This document shows, in pieces, positions 1 through 9,463 of a DNA stretch of 64,000 nt. The stretch spans positions 123,155-187,154 of the forward strand of contig MFEY01000007.1 in the NCBI GenBank assembly GCA_001780035.1. Direction: 5' to 3'. This stretch comes from Candidatus Doudnabacteria bacterium RIFCSPHIGHO2_12_FULL_48_16 (lineage in GTDB: Bacteria > Patescibacteriota > Doudnabacteria > UBA920 > O2-02-FULL-48-8). A program made the translations under genes and the position numbers. The first letter of the stretch is position 1, and each line of letters starts with the position of its first letter. The notes below the pieces were generated by a model. It saw only the letters and a list, made by a program, of their open reading frames with translations, searched no databases and was not told the origin of the DNA.

Positions 1-70
1 GAAAAACAAAACTTAGCTAGCTCGATAATTTTATCAATTCGATATTTTTGATAATCAAGGCGGGACATTA

Positions 71-610
71 TTATTTCTGAATTAAGTTATCAATTAATGA
101 TTTTACAATCTGCGCTTCTGCTTGAGTGATATCGCGAGGTACTATGATAGTGAACTTAACCCCTGGACGTAAAGATAAGTCCATCCTGTGCATGTCATTT
201 AAGACAGGCGACGTTAAACTAGATTCCGTTGATGCAATTTGTTCCTCGGTAGAGGTGGAGATAGATTTTGGAGTCCCTTGCTTTTTTGAACGAATTATAA
301 GTTTAGGTTTCCAGTTAACCATTTTAGTAGGATCAATTCCGTATAGCTCATAGTCTCCTAAAACCTTATTCACTCGAGACTTATATGTTGCCAGGGAACT
401 AAAATTAAAATTTGGATTCTTGGCGACAACGCTTTGGTAAATTTGGTCCAAATTTTCTTTGAATTTATCTAAGGAATTAGCCTCATCTTCATTCAACTGC
501 TCCTGAAAGATTTTAAGAGCAGCTTTCAATCCTTGCGCTGTGCTTTCGGGATATTTACGATTTTTAACAGCGGCATCTATAAAATCAAACAACTGTTGAA
601 ACTTTTTCAT
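71..610 (-). CDS. hypothetical protein (179 aa), no recognisable domain
   Basis: intact ORF; lysine-rich, low-GC composition; no motif recognised. Confidence 0.4.
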   Translation of the reverse strand: MKKFQQLFDFIDAAVKNRKYPESTAQGLKAALKIFQEQLNEDEANSLDKFKENLDQIYQSVVAKNPNFNFSSLATYKSRVNKVLGDYELYGIDPTKMVNWKPKLIIRSKKQGTPKSISTSTEEQIASTESSLTSPVLNDMHRMDLSLRPGVKFTIIVPRDITQAEAQIVKSLIDNLIQK

Positions 611-796
611 ATGATTAATCCTTATTAATTGAGGTATTTACATTATATACCTAGACGCCAGACGCTGTCAAGATAGATAAGACGAGAATTAGCTAGAAAA
701 GGCTTAAAATAACCAAATAATACGAATATCCACGAAATCCATCTGGAATATCTAGGGCAAATCAAAAACAGGCCTTTCGGCCCGTTTTTGATTAAA

Positions 797-3013
797 CTAA
801 TGTCTTGGTTTGAAGCCGCCGCGGCCGCCGTGATCATCACGTCGGGGTGGTCTCGGTCGGTCATACGGCCGTTCATCGATGGTGCCGCCTTCAGGGCGCG
901 GGATCAAAATTTTGTGCGACAGGTTGATGCGACCCATGTGGTCGATTTCAATTACCTTCACTTCCAGTTCATCGCCGAGTTTGACCACATCTTCGACTCT
1001 GCCGACGCGCTGCCATGCCAGTTCCGAAATATGGCACATGCCGTCTTTGCCGCCGGCCAGTTCGACAAAAGCGCCGAAGTCCATGATACGGACCACTTTA
1101 CCTTTGAACACTTCGCCGATCTTAATGTCGCGGGTTAAGTTATGGATAATCTCCAAAGCCTTTTTCATACCTTCGGCATTGTTGGAAGTGACGAGGACCA
1201 AACCGGAGTCTTCGATATCGATCTTCACGCCCGTGTCGGCAATGATCTTGTTGATGATCTTACCGCCAGAACCGATGACATCGCGGATTTTTTCCGGATT
1301 GATCTGCATGGTTTCAATGCGCGGGGCGAGCGGTGACATTTCTGCTCGAGGAGCAGCAATGGTTTTCTTCATCACGTCCAGAATATGCATGCGGCCATCT
1401 TTGGCTTGCTTTAAGGCTTGATCCAAAATTTCCACCGTGAGGCCTTTGGTCTTCACATCCATCTGCATGGCAGTAATGCCCTTTTCCGAGCCCGTGACTT
1501 TGAAGTCCATGTCGCCGTTGGAATCTTCAATGCCCTGAATGTCGGTGAGCACTTTAAATTTGCCAGTTGGCACATCGAGCACCAAACCCATGGCCACGCC
1601 GCCAATCATGGTTTCAATCGGCACCCCCGCATCCATCAGGGCCAAGGTTGAACCGCAAGTGGAAGCCATGGAGGTCGAGCCATTGGAACCCAAGGCTTCG
1701 GAAACCAATCGTAATGTGTAAGGAAACTTTTCTTTCGGCGGCATCACGACTTCCACGGCGCGTTCAGCCAAAGCACCATGCCCGACTTCCCGCCGGCCTG
1801 GGCCGCGGATCGGCGCGACTTCGCCCACGGAGTAACCGGGAAAATTGTAGTGATGGATATAGCGCTTGACTGTCCCATCCACGGTAAAGTCTTCCATGCC
1901 ATCCAGAATCTGGGCATCGCCAGATGATCCTAACGTCACTGTGGTTAGAATCTGAGTTTCACCGCGATTAAACAGGGCGGAGCCGTGAGTGCGAGGCAGG
2001 ATCCCCACTTCGCAGGACACTGGCCGGGTCACGGTCAGTTTGCGTTCATCGACGCGCAGCTCTTTGTCCAAAATATTGGCGCGCACCACTTTCTTGGTCA
2101 GCTTATCGAGAGCCAAGTTCGTATGTTGTTTCAAATTCAGTTCAGTATTTTCCTTAAAGGCTTCGGCAATGTGCACTTGAGTTTCTTCGCGCACGGCATC
2201 AGCCTGCTTTTCTCGAACTTCTTTCGGGAACGTGCCATACAAAGCTGTCTGGAGTTTATCTTTGGCAAAGTTTTCCACGGCGTCCAAAATCTTCTCATCC
2301 GCCAAGACGCGCTTAACTTCCGCTTTGGGCTCCCCGACCTGCTTAATCAGATCTTCCTGCATTTTAATCAAAGCGGCCAGATGCGGCTGGGCAAACTTGA
2401 TGGCGGCGATCATATCGTCTTCGGTGATCTGCTTCGCCCCGGCTTCCACCATCAAAATATGGTTGGTCGTGCCGGAAACAACCAAGTCGAGATCGCCAGC
2501 TTCGCGTTCTTTGTAAGAAGCGTTCAGGATAAACTTGCCGTCCACGCGGCCCACCCGCACCGCGGCAATGGGGCCGTCAAACGGAATGCGGGAGATGCAC
2601 AAGGCGGCGGAGGAAGCGGTTACGGCCAAGACATCCGGATCATTGACTTCATCCACAGAAAAAATCGTGGCCACGACCTGCACGTCGTTGCGCATGCCGT
2701 CCGGAAACAAAGGACGAATGGTGCGGTCAATCAGCCGACCCGAAAGAATCGCTTCATCCGTGGCACGGCCTTCGCGCTTAATAAACCGCGAGCCTTTGAT
2801 CTTGCCTGAGGCATAAAGCCGTTCCTCATAATCAACCAAGAGCGGGAAATAATCCATGCCCTCGCGCAAACCCTTACTCATGACGGCCGTGGCTAAGACC
2901 ACGGTGTCGCCGAGCTTGGCCAAGACCGAACCATCGGCCTGCAAGGCCAAAACCCCGGTTTCGAAGGAAATCTTCGTGCCGGCTAAATCTTGTTCTACTT
3001 TCGCTTTCTTCAT
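797..3013 (-). CDS. pnp: polynucleotide phosphorylase/polyadenylase
   Basis: 738 aa; two RNase PH-like cores, 'GSRFIKREGRATDEAILSGRLIDRTIRPLF', KH and S1 C-terminal region, basic RG-rich tail. Confidence 0.9.
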   Translation of the reverse strand: MKKAKVEQDLAGTKISFETGVLALQADGSVLAKLGDTVVLATAVMSKGLREGMDYFPLLVDYEERLYASGKIKGSRFIKREGRATDEAILSGRLIDRTIRPLFPDGMRNDVQVVATIFSVDEVNDPDVLAVTASSAALCISRIPFDGPIAAVRVGRVDGKFILNASYKEREAGDLDLVVSGTTNHILMVEAGAKQITEDDMIAAIKFAQPHLAALIKMQEDLIKQVGEPKAEVKRVLADEKILDAVENFAKDKLQTALYGTFPKEVREKQADAVREETQVHIAEAFKENTELNLKQHTNLALDKLTKKVVRANILDKELRVDERKLTVTRPVSCEVGILPRTHGSALFNRGETQILTTVTLGSSGDAQILDGMEDFTVDGTVKRYIHHYNFPGYSVGEVAPIRGPGRREVGHGALAERAVEVVMPPKEKFPYTLRLVSEALGSNGSTSMASTCGSTLALMDAGVPIETMIGGVAMGLVLDVPTGKFKVLTDIQGIEDSNGDMDFKVTGSEKGITAMQMDVKTKGLTVEILDQALKQAKDGRMHILDVMKKTIAAPRAEMSPLAPRIETMQINPEKIRDVIGSGGKIINKIIADTGVKIDIEDSGLVLVTSNNAEGMKKALEIIHNLTRDIKIGEVFKGKVVRIMDFGAFVELAGGKDGMCHISELAWQRVGRVEDVVKLGDELEVKVIEIDHMGRINLSHKILIPRPEGGTIDERPYDRPRPPRRDDHGGRGGFKPRH

Positions 3014-3202
3014 TTGGTAACCTTTTGTTTCCGCGATTGTGCTTTGAGCACAGAAGTTGTATGAAACTATAATTTATAATCTAAAATTATAATCTCGTAC
3101 AGCCTCTTTGCTATCAGCACTCACGGAATTAATTGTTAAATTAGCGGACAGCGTGTAGTGTTGAGCGTACAGTTCTGAACGCTGTATGCTGCCCGCTGAC
3201 CC

Positions 3203-3469
3203 CTACTTATTAAGTTTTAACTTGTCTGTCAATTTGTCCCAGCGCTTCTCGTCCTCGGCTTTGAGGTAACGCAGCAGCCGGCGGCGGTTGCCAACCATCT
3301 TGAGGAGCCCGCGGCGGGAATGGTTATCTTTCTTGTGCTCGTTGAGATGCTCGGAAACCTTTTCGATTTCACGGGTCAGAATCGCAACCTGCACTTCGGG
3401 AGATCCCGTATCGTCCTTGTGCACCTGGAACTTCTTAATAATTTGTTCTTTTTCCTTGGGCGTTAACAT
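3203..3469 (-). CDS. rpsO: 30S ribosomal protein S15
   Basis: 88 aa; '[14 protein letters not shown]...[25 protein letters not shown]'; classic rpsO-pnp arrangement. Confidence 0.9.
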   Translation of the reverse strand: MLTPKEKEQIIKKFQVHKDDTGSPEVQVAILTREIEKVSEHLNEHKKDNHSRRGLLKMVGNRRRLLRYLKAEDEKRWDKLTDKLKLNK

Positions 3470-3640
3470 GTAGTGCCTCTCTTGCCACGCGATAGCTAGG
3501 AAATCGCCATCCGTGGATTTAATAACAAAATAATTCTAGCATAATTGCGTTTCTTTTGCAAGATTGACTAAGGAGGCTCAAAGCCTTATTATTATCAATC
3601 GAGTCGTAATAATCGATAGGTGAAAAAAACAGGAGGAGAT

Positions 3641-3943
3641 ATGACACTGTTCCGTGAGGCCTTACGACTGCTGGAGGTCGAGGCTGGATTTCTCGCTCGC
3701 GGCACCAGGGCCCTGGCCGAGATGCGCCAGGGTGGCGAATTGCTGGAACTGATCTTTGACGCTACCACGAGCCCGTTCAAATACGGACTGGAGTTGCTGG
3801 GCAGGCTTCTGACTGCTTCTGATGAACTGTCTTCGGATGAACAGCTCGAGACCGTGGCGCTGGCCCGCAAACTCCAGGCGGATTACCCGGACATCCCCAA
3901 GATCCTGGAAGTGACCAGCGGCATCATCGCCAAGCACGGTTAA
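3641..3943 (+). CDS. small hypothetical protein (~100 aa), GC-rich island gene
   Basis: ATG preceded by 'aggagga' RBS; GC visibly higher than flanks; own terminator downstream. Confidence 0.45.
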   Translation: MTLFREALRLLEVEAGFLARGTRALAEMRQGGELLELIFDATTSPFKYGLELLGRLLTASDELSSDEQLETVALARKLQADYPDIPKILEVTSGIIAKHG

Positions 3944-3970
3944 GCCGGAGACGGTAACTAACACAGCTAG

Positions 3971-4010
3971 ACCAGCTTTCGTGGGCAACCGCGAAGCTGG
4001 TTCTTTTTTT
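3971..4010 (+). terminator. rho-independent terminator
   Basis: 'accagctttcgtgggcaaccgcgaagctggt' stem-loop followed by a T-run of 8. Confidence 0.5.
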
Positions 4011-4100
4011 ATTTCAATTTTGCTATAATTATTGTGCGACATAAAGCAAAATTCCAAATGACAAATAACAAATCCGATTGAACTTATTAACCCCCTCATC

Positions 4101-4162
4101 TGTCCGATCTAGGGATCGGACATCTTCTCCCGCGAGGGGAGAAGATGAAATGTAAAAAATGA
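4101..4162 (+). promoter_or_regulatory. two tandem perfect hairpins plus a 5-codon leader ORF overlapping the recombinase start
   Basis: 'tgtccgatc-tagg-gatcggaca' and 'tcttctccc-gcga-gggagaaga' hairpins; 'atgaaatgtaaaaaatga' (MKCKK) whose TGA overlaps the ATG at 4159; SD-like 'gagggga' lies in the right arm of hairpin 2. Confidence 0.35.
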
Positions 4163-5142
4163 CAGAATCCAAAACTAAACTTCAGCGCTACTCTCTCCAA
4201 TTCCTAGAGTATCTCGAGATCGAGCGCAATCGATCCAAGCTCACTTTGCGCAATTATGACCACTACCTCAAGAGGTTTGTGGATTTTTGCGCCAAACAGG
4301 GCGTGACGGATCCGGAAGATATCGATCTGGAATTGGTGCGATCCTATCGCCTCTTCCTCAATCGGCTGAGCCCAAAGGACAAAACGCTCAAAGTCATCAC
4401 CCAAAATTATCATTTGATTTCCCTGCGCAGTTTCCTGAAATATCTGGCCAAGCGCGATATCAGCTCGCTCGCCCCGGAAAAAATCGAACTACCCAAAACC
4501 CCGGCACGGCATCCGGAATTCCTAAACACCGAAGAAGTCGAACGGCTGATCGAGGCCACCCAGTCCGAAAAAAACAAACTGACCCGGCTGCGCGACGAGG
4601 CTATTTTCAAAACCCTGTTTTCCACCGGCCTGCGCATTTCGGAACTGACCAACCTCAAGCAGGACCAGGTCAACTTAAAGCGCGGCGAATTCAGCGTGCG
4701 CGGCAAGGGCGACAAGTTGCGCGTCGTTTTCCTCTCGGATGAATCAGCGCAAGCCTTGGCCAAATACCTGGAGGCGCGCGAGGATAATTCCAAATATTTA
4801 TTCATCCGCCACAAAGCCAAAGAGTCGGTGGAGAAACAAATCGAATCCATGGGCGAGGTCAAAAACGGGTTAACGCCCCGCTCCATCCAGCGCCTGATCA
4901 AAAAATATGTAAAAATTGCGGACATGTCCGCCGGAGGCGGATCCGCCCTTGGCGGAAAAAAAATCACCCCGCACACTTTGCGGCATAGTTTTGCCACTGA
5001 TTTGCTGGCCAATGGCGCAGACATCCGGGCGGTGCAAGAAATGCTCGGCCATGCTTCAATTTCTACCACGCAAATCTATACTCATTTAACCAATAAACGC
5101 CTCCACGACATCCACGAACAATTTCACAATAAGGGGAAGTAA
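4159..5142 (+). CDS. tyrosine site-specific recombinase, XerC/XerD family
   Basis: 327 aa; N-terminal SAM-like domain; C-terminal 'HTLRHSFATDLLANGADIRAVQEMLGHASISTTQIYTH' with catalytic R..H..R..Y. Confidence 0.85.
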   Translation: MTESKTKLQRYSLQFLEYLEIERNRSKLTLRNYDHYLKRFVDFCAKQGVTDPEDIDLELVRSYRLFLNRLSPKDKTLKVITQNYHLISLRSFLKYLAKRDISSLAPEKIELPKTPARHPEFLNTEEVERLIEATQSEKNKLTRLRDEAIFKTLFSTGLRISELTNLKQDQVNLKRGEFSVRGKGDKLRVVFLSDESAQALAKYLEAREDNSKYLFIRHKAKESVEKQIESMGEVKNGLTPRSIQRLIKKYVKIADMSAGGGSALGGKKITPHTLRHSFATDLLANGADIRAVQEMLGHASISTTQIYTHLTNKRLHDIHEQFHNKGK

Positions 5143-5167
5143 CTCCCCCGCTGACCCTAGACTAACG

Positions 5168-5241
5168 CACCCCCTCTTATTTTAAGAGGGGGTGATTTTA
5201 AAAACCTCCCCTTAATATAAGGGGAGGTGGCCCGAAGGGCC
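5168..5241. terminator. three consecutive perfect palindromic stem-loops between convergent genes (bidirectional terminator or REP-like element)
   Basis: 'caccccctctta-ttt-taagagggggtg' (12-bp stem), 'cctcccctta-ata-taaggggagg' (10 bp), 'ggccc-gaa-gggcc'. Confidence 0.5.
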
Positions 5242-5248
5242 GGAGGGG

Positions 5249-7063
5249 TTATACTACCGCAAATTCTTTTTCCTTCGAGGCGATCTGCTGGCGCCAGAGG
5301 GCGGCGTATAAACCATGTTGGTTCAACAAACCATCGTGGCTGCCCTGCTCCACCAGTTTGCCTTTTTCCAAAACATAAATCATATCCGCGTGCATGATGG
5401 TGCTTAAACGATGCGCCACCAGGACATTGATATGGCTAGCGCGCTGTTTTTCGATTTCCTTAATCGTCTGGGTGATTTGCTCTTCCGTAATCGAGTCCAG
5501 GCTCGAAGTGGCTTCGTCGAAAATCAGCAAATCCGGGTCGCGCAGCAGGGCTCGCGCAATCGCCAGGCGCTGCTTTTCCCCGCCGGAAAGCTTAAGTCCG
5601 CCCTCGCCGATTTTGGTTTCTAAGCCTTGGCCGCCCGCCTGCAACGCCCTGCTTGCAGTGGCGGGCAGGCCGCGATCCAATAGACTGTCGGCCGCCGCCG
5701 CCCGCAGGGCTGCCAAACATTGCTCATCCGTAGCATTCGGGCTGGCAAACAACAAATTCTCTCGGATCGTACCGGCGAATAACTGGGTGTCCTGGGCGAC
5801 CAGGCCGATGCGGTTACGGAATTTTTCCATATCGATTTGCCGCACGTCAGTGCCGGCGAATTCGATCCGGCCGCCGGTCGGCTTATACAATCCCACAATC
5901 AATTTGACCAGGGTGGTCTTCCCGCTCCCTGACGGGCCGACAAAGGCCACGGTCTGCCCGGATTTGATTTCCACATTAATGTTTTCCAAAGCCGGCTTGT
6001 CCGCCGTCTCGTATTTAAAACTGACCTCCTGGAAGCTGATTGCTTCCAGTTTTTTGATCACCACGGGCTTCTCCGGCTTGGCCTCGGGTTGGATTCTAAG
6101 AATCTCGTCGAGCCGGTCCAGGCTGGCTTTGGCTTCCTGATACTGCTGAGCGACTTCGCCCAAGCTGGCCAGCGGGTTGAAGATAAAAAAAGAATAAAAC
6201 AGCAAACTGAAAAATTGACCGAATGTCACGGCCCCGGTATAAATCAGCCAGAGCATCAAAAACATCAACGCGGACCGAAGCGCGTTGATCATCGTCCCCT
6301 GAATAAAGCTGAACTTGCGGATAATCTTAATTTTTTCCAGCTCCAAAGTCAGAATTTGGCTGTTGGTATCGTTGAGTCGCTTAATTTCCTGATTCTCCAG
6401 CCCCAAGCTTTTGACCAATTCAACATTGCGGAGCGTTTCGGTGGTCGAGCCGGCCAGAGCCGCGGTTTCTGTGATAATCCGAACCTGGGCCGCTTTGATT
6501 TTTCGGCTGATCAAATAAGTCGTGCCGCCGAGAACCGGAATAATCAAAAAATAAACGAGGCCAACCATCCAATTGACATACAGGGCATAAGCCACAACGA
6601 AAACGATGCCGACCAGCGACAGGAACAAAATATTGACGCTGCTGGTGATAAACAACTGCGCATCAGTCCGGGCTTTTTGCAGTTTCTGCAAAAACTCGCC
6701 CGACCGCTGGTCTTCAAACACGGCATAGGGCAGCGAAAACGAATGTTGAACGCTGTGCGAATACATCTGGGTGCCAACTTTCTGCACCACGACATTCAAA
6801 TAGTAATCCTGAAAATTTTTGGCAATGCGCGAAACAAGCGCCACCCCCACGGTGCCGAGGAGCAACAAGAGCACACCATGGAGAAAATCGCCGCGGGACA
6901 ATTCCCTGGCCCGGCTGATGTAATTATCCACCAACAGCCGGAAAATCTGCGGATCCAACAGCGAAAAGACCTGGTTGACCACGGCCAGAGCCAGGGTGCC
7001 AAACAAGATTTTTTTATAGCGTTTAAGGTAGGACCAGAGGAGTTTCATAATTTTTCTCCGCAC
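5249..7063 (-). CDS. ABC transporter, fused permease/ATPase (MsbA/multidrug exporter type)
   Basis: 604 aa; six TM helices in the N-terminal half; Walker A 'GPSGSGKTT', signature 'LSGGEKQRLAIARALL', Walker B 'LIFDEATSSLD'. Confidence 0.85.
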   Translation of the reverse strand: MRRKIMKLLWSYLKRYKKILFGTLALAVVNQVFSLLDPQIFRLLVDNYISRARELSRGDFLHGVLLLLLGTVGVALVSRIAKNFQDYYLNVVVQKVGTQMYSHSVQHSFSLPYAVFEDQRSGEFLQKLQKARTDAQLFITSSVNILFLSLVGIVFVVAYALYVNWMVGLVYFLIIPVLGGTTYLISRKIKAAQVRIITETAALAGSTTETLRNVELVKSLGLENQEIKRLNDTNSQILTLELEKIKIIRKFSFIQGTMINALRSALMFLMLWLIYTGAVTFGQFFSLLFYSFFIFNPLASLGEVAQQYQEAKASLDRLDEILRIQPEAKPEKPVVIKKLEAISFQEVSFKYETADKPALENINVEIKSGQTVAFVGPSGSGKTTLVKLIVGLYKPTGGRIEFAGTDVRQIDMEKFRNRIGLVAQDTQLFAGTIRENLLFASPNATDEQCLAALRAAAADSLLDRGLPATASRALQAGGQGLETKIGEGGLKLSGGEKQRLAIARALLRDPDLLIFDEATSSLDSITEEQITQTIKEIEKQRASHINVLVAHRLSTIMHADMIYVLEKGKLVEQGSHDGLLNQHGLYAALWRQQIASKEKEFAVV

Positions 7064-7072
7064 TCAATCAGC

Positions 7073-7996
7073 TTACTCATCAATCACGTTGACCTTGATC
7101 GTATAATTTTTTCTGAGATCGCCGGAGCCAAAGACCGCGAACTCCATCGATTGATCGGCTTTGAACGAAACGGTCTTGCTTGTTCCGGCCGGGATCAGCC
7201 CGGTATCGATATCCTGGCTTTTGAACGCCAGGCCGCCGGAGAGGACGTTGGCATTGGAAACGATAAATGTCAGTTCCGCGATGTCGCCAGATACAACTTC
7301 AATCGGATTGGGACTGGCACCGGTATCGTCCGCAGCTATGTTCCAGTTGACGATCGCCGTAGAAGTTGAGCTGGCGGGATTGAGTTCAAGGCTTCTCAAA
7401 ACCCGCAGTATCAGTTCTCGGTTTTCGACCACCAGTGGCTCCTGATCAAGACTGCAGCTGGCAAAAACCATGGCGGCGGTCTGGTTGCCCAGAGGCGCCT
7501 GCACGACTTTTTTGGTGCAATCCGCGCCAATTTCCTGATACTGATAACCAATTCGGCCGGAAACATTGAGAGCTGAAGCGTTATTCACTTTCCGCAAGGA
7601 TTCGTTGACGATATTTTTGGGATCAAACTGCTGGTCAAAAACTTCCGCGGTAATCGTGCCGCCGGCGCTGCTGGCCAAAAACAATCTGGTGATCTTACCG
7701 ACTTTGACTGGGTTGGTGTTGGATTCAAAAATATTTTTGGGATAGGAAAATTTCAAGCCATAGGTTTTATTTTCAAGATCTCCCCATTCATAATCAATCT
7801 GGGGTTCCGCCACGGCGCTGCCTTTAATCGGCTGCGGGATATTTGTGCGGCGGTGGATCAGCCAGAAACTGAAAGCAAACAAAACCATGGCCACTGAAAT
7901 CATAATGACCAAAACCGTGTATCGAGACTGTCGTAGAGTCTTTGGCATGCTTTCACTATAACAAAAAACGGGCGGATTGCCCATTTTTTGAATCAA
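7073..7996 (-). CDS. hypothetical membrane-anchored extracytoplasmic protein
   Basis: 307 aa; single N-terminal TM helix then Ser/Thr/Asn-rich beta-type sequence; no catalytic motif. Confidence 0.4.
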   Translation of the reverse strand: MIQKMGNPPVFCYSESMPKTLRQSRYTVLVIMISVAMVLFAFSFWLIHRRTNIPQPIKGSAVAEPQIDYEWGDLENKTYGLKFSYPKNIFESNTNPVKVGKITRLFLASSAGGTITAEVFDQQFDPKNIVNESLRKVNNASALNVSGRIGYQYQEIGADCTKKVVQAPLGNQTAAMVFASCSLDQEPLVVENRELILRVLRSLELNPASSTSTAIVNWNIAADDTGASPNPIEVVSGDIAELTFIVSNANVLSGGLAFKSQDIDTGLIPAGTSKTVSFKADQSMEFAVFGSGDLRKNYTIKVNVIDE

Positions 7997-8001
7997 TTTG
8001 A

Positions 8002-8226
8002 TTATTTATTGCCCATGTCATTCGTGCACGCTCTGCAGTTCGATTTGTGGGTAAAAACTTCATAAACCGCCGCGAGCCCAACCAGCACATAAATCACGTT
8101 CAGCACAGTCATACTCAGGCCCCAGGTGGCGATATCCCAATTCCAGACCTTGAGCAGCCAGTTAAGGCCGCCAATCACGAGCAGAACGAAAGAAACTGAG
8201 TGTAGACCTTTGTGATGTCCCATCAT
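8002..8226 (-). CDS. DUF378 family small membrane protein (YuzA-like)
   Basis: 74 aa; 'LLVIGGLNW...YVLVGLAAVYEV' matches the DUF378 consensus. Confidence 0.55.
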   Translation of the reverse strand: MMGHHKGLHSVSFVLLVIGGLNWLLKVWNWDIATWGLSMTVLNVIYVLVGLAAVYEVFTHKSNCRACTNDMGNK

Positions 8227-8287
8227 TTGTTGTTCACCCCCTTTACGATAAAGGATTGCTTGTGTTCAGTATAACACGATAACAAGG

Positions 8288-8932
8288 TTATTTAAGCTTC
8301 TCGTCGATTTTTAATTTCAGAGTTTCAAACACCGGAACCCCGACCATTTTTTCATCGTTGAGGAAAAATGAGGGCGTGGAATTGATTTTCAGCGCTTCAC
8401 CATCGGCTCGGTCGGTTTTAATCACGTTGGCAAATTTTTGCTGATCCAACGCTTGGCGGAATTTGGTGACATCCAATCCCAAACTTTCCGCATAACCAAT
8501 CAGGAAACCTTCCGCCTGTGAACCTGCCCATTCGCTTTGCTTTTCATACAGCAAATCGTGCATTTCCCAAAACTTGCCCTGCTCGGCTGCGGCCTCGGCC
8601 GCCTCGGATGAAATTTCGGCGGCATTGTGGATCTCAGTCAGCGGAAAATTCCGAAAAACGAAAGTAAAATCCGGATTGTCTTTGTAGGCTTCAACGATCT
8701 GTTTGAGCACCGGGTGCGCCGCGGCGCAGGCCGGACATTGATAATCGCCGAATTCCACCAGCGTGACTTTGGCCCTGGCTCCGTGAGTGCCGTGGCTGTC
8801 ATCGCGAACCAGTTTGCCCAAATCCGCCGGTGGCACGAATTTTTCCGTTTTCGGGCCGAACTTGGCCAGCGCCCAGCCGCCGAGGATTATTACCAGGCCG
8901 ACGCCGATTAAAATCTTGGCTTCTTTATTCAT
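8288..8932 (-). CDS. DsbA/BdbD-like thiol:disulfide oxidoreductase, membrane anchored
   Basis: 214 aa; N-terminal TM; thioredoxin-fold 'EFGDYQCPACAAAHP' CxxC motif. Confidence 0.75.
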   Translation of the reverse strand: MNKEAKILIGVGLVIILGGWALAKFGPKTEKFVPPADLGKLVRDDSHGTHGARAKVTLVEFGDYQCPACAAAHPVLKQIVEAYKDNPDFTFVFRNFPLTEIHNAAEISSEAAEAAAEQGKFWEMHDLLYEKQSEWAGSQAEGFLIGYAESLGLDVTKFRQALDQQKFANVIKTDRADGEALKINSTPSFFLNDEKMVGVPVFETLKLKIDEKLK

Positions 8933-9022
8933 CCCGTTTAGAAATTTCCATAGTTAATAATTAAATTATTCATAATCCTTAGGGTTAAATATTCTATCAC
9001 AAATATACTTCGGGTCAAATTT

Positions 9023-9448
9023 CTAACGGGATTCATGTTTTTTAAGATTAATGATCATGATAACGTTAATGGTCAAAAAAGAAAGCAGGGACAGCAACGG
9101 AATAGTAACGAAACTCAGCCATTCAATCTGCCGGGTCGTGCAAGAGATGCCGATCGTGCAAGGCGCCAAAGATTCCGGGATAAGATTGTAATAAAGCAGG
9201 TTGTGATAAATTGAAATCGCCAGGCCAATCAAGGAAAGCGGCAAGACATACAGCGGTAGATTGCTATCTTTTTTTAAAATCCCGACGGCAATTATGGCCA
9301 CCAGCGGATACATGAAAATGCGCTGATACCAGCACAAAACACAGGGCGGCAGGCTCATAATATATTGAAAATACAAACTGCCGGTCGTCGCCAGCGCTGC
9401 AATGATCCAGGCCGCATACGAACCATATTTATGGAATAAATTTGTCAT
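9023..9448 (-). CDS. disulfide bond formation protein B (DsbB/BdbC type)
   Basis: 141 aa; four TM helices; 'PCVLCWYQRIFMYP' CxxC in the first periplasmic loop; adjacent to the DsbA-like gene. Confidence 0.7.
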   Translation of the reverse strand: MTNLFHKYGSYAAWIIAALATTGSLYFQYIMSLPPCVLCWYQRIFMYPLVAIIAVGILKKDSNLPLYVLPLSLIGLAISIYHNLLYYNLIPESLAPCTIGISCTTRQIEWLSFVTIPLLSLLSFLTINVIMIINLKKHESR

Positions 9449-9463
9449 ATTTTGGCTAATTTT

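Noticed and set aside
1985-2809. 274-aa and several other ORFs antisense to pnp
   Set aside because: pnp is unambiguous. The antisense ORFs lack start context and motifs.
6089-7369. 426-aa ORF antisense to the ABC exporter
   Set aside because: It overlaps a well-supported ABC transporter on the opposite strand, and its composition is a low-complexity mirror image of the sense gene.
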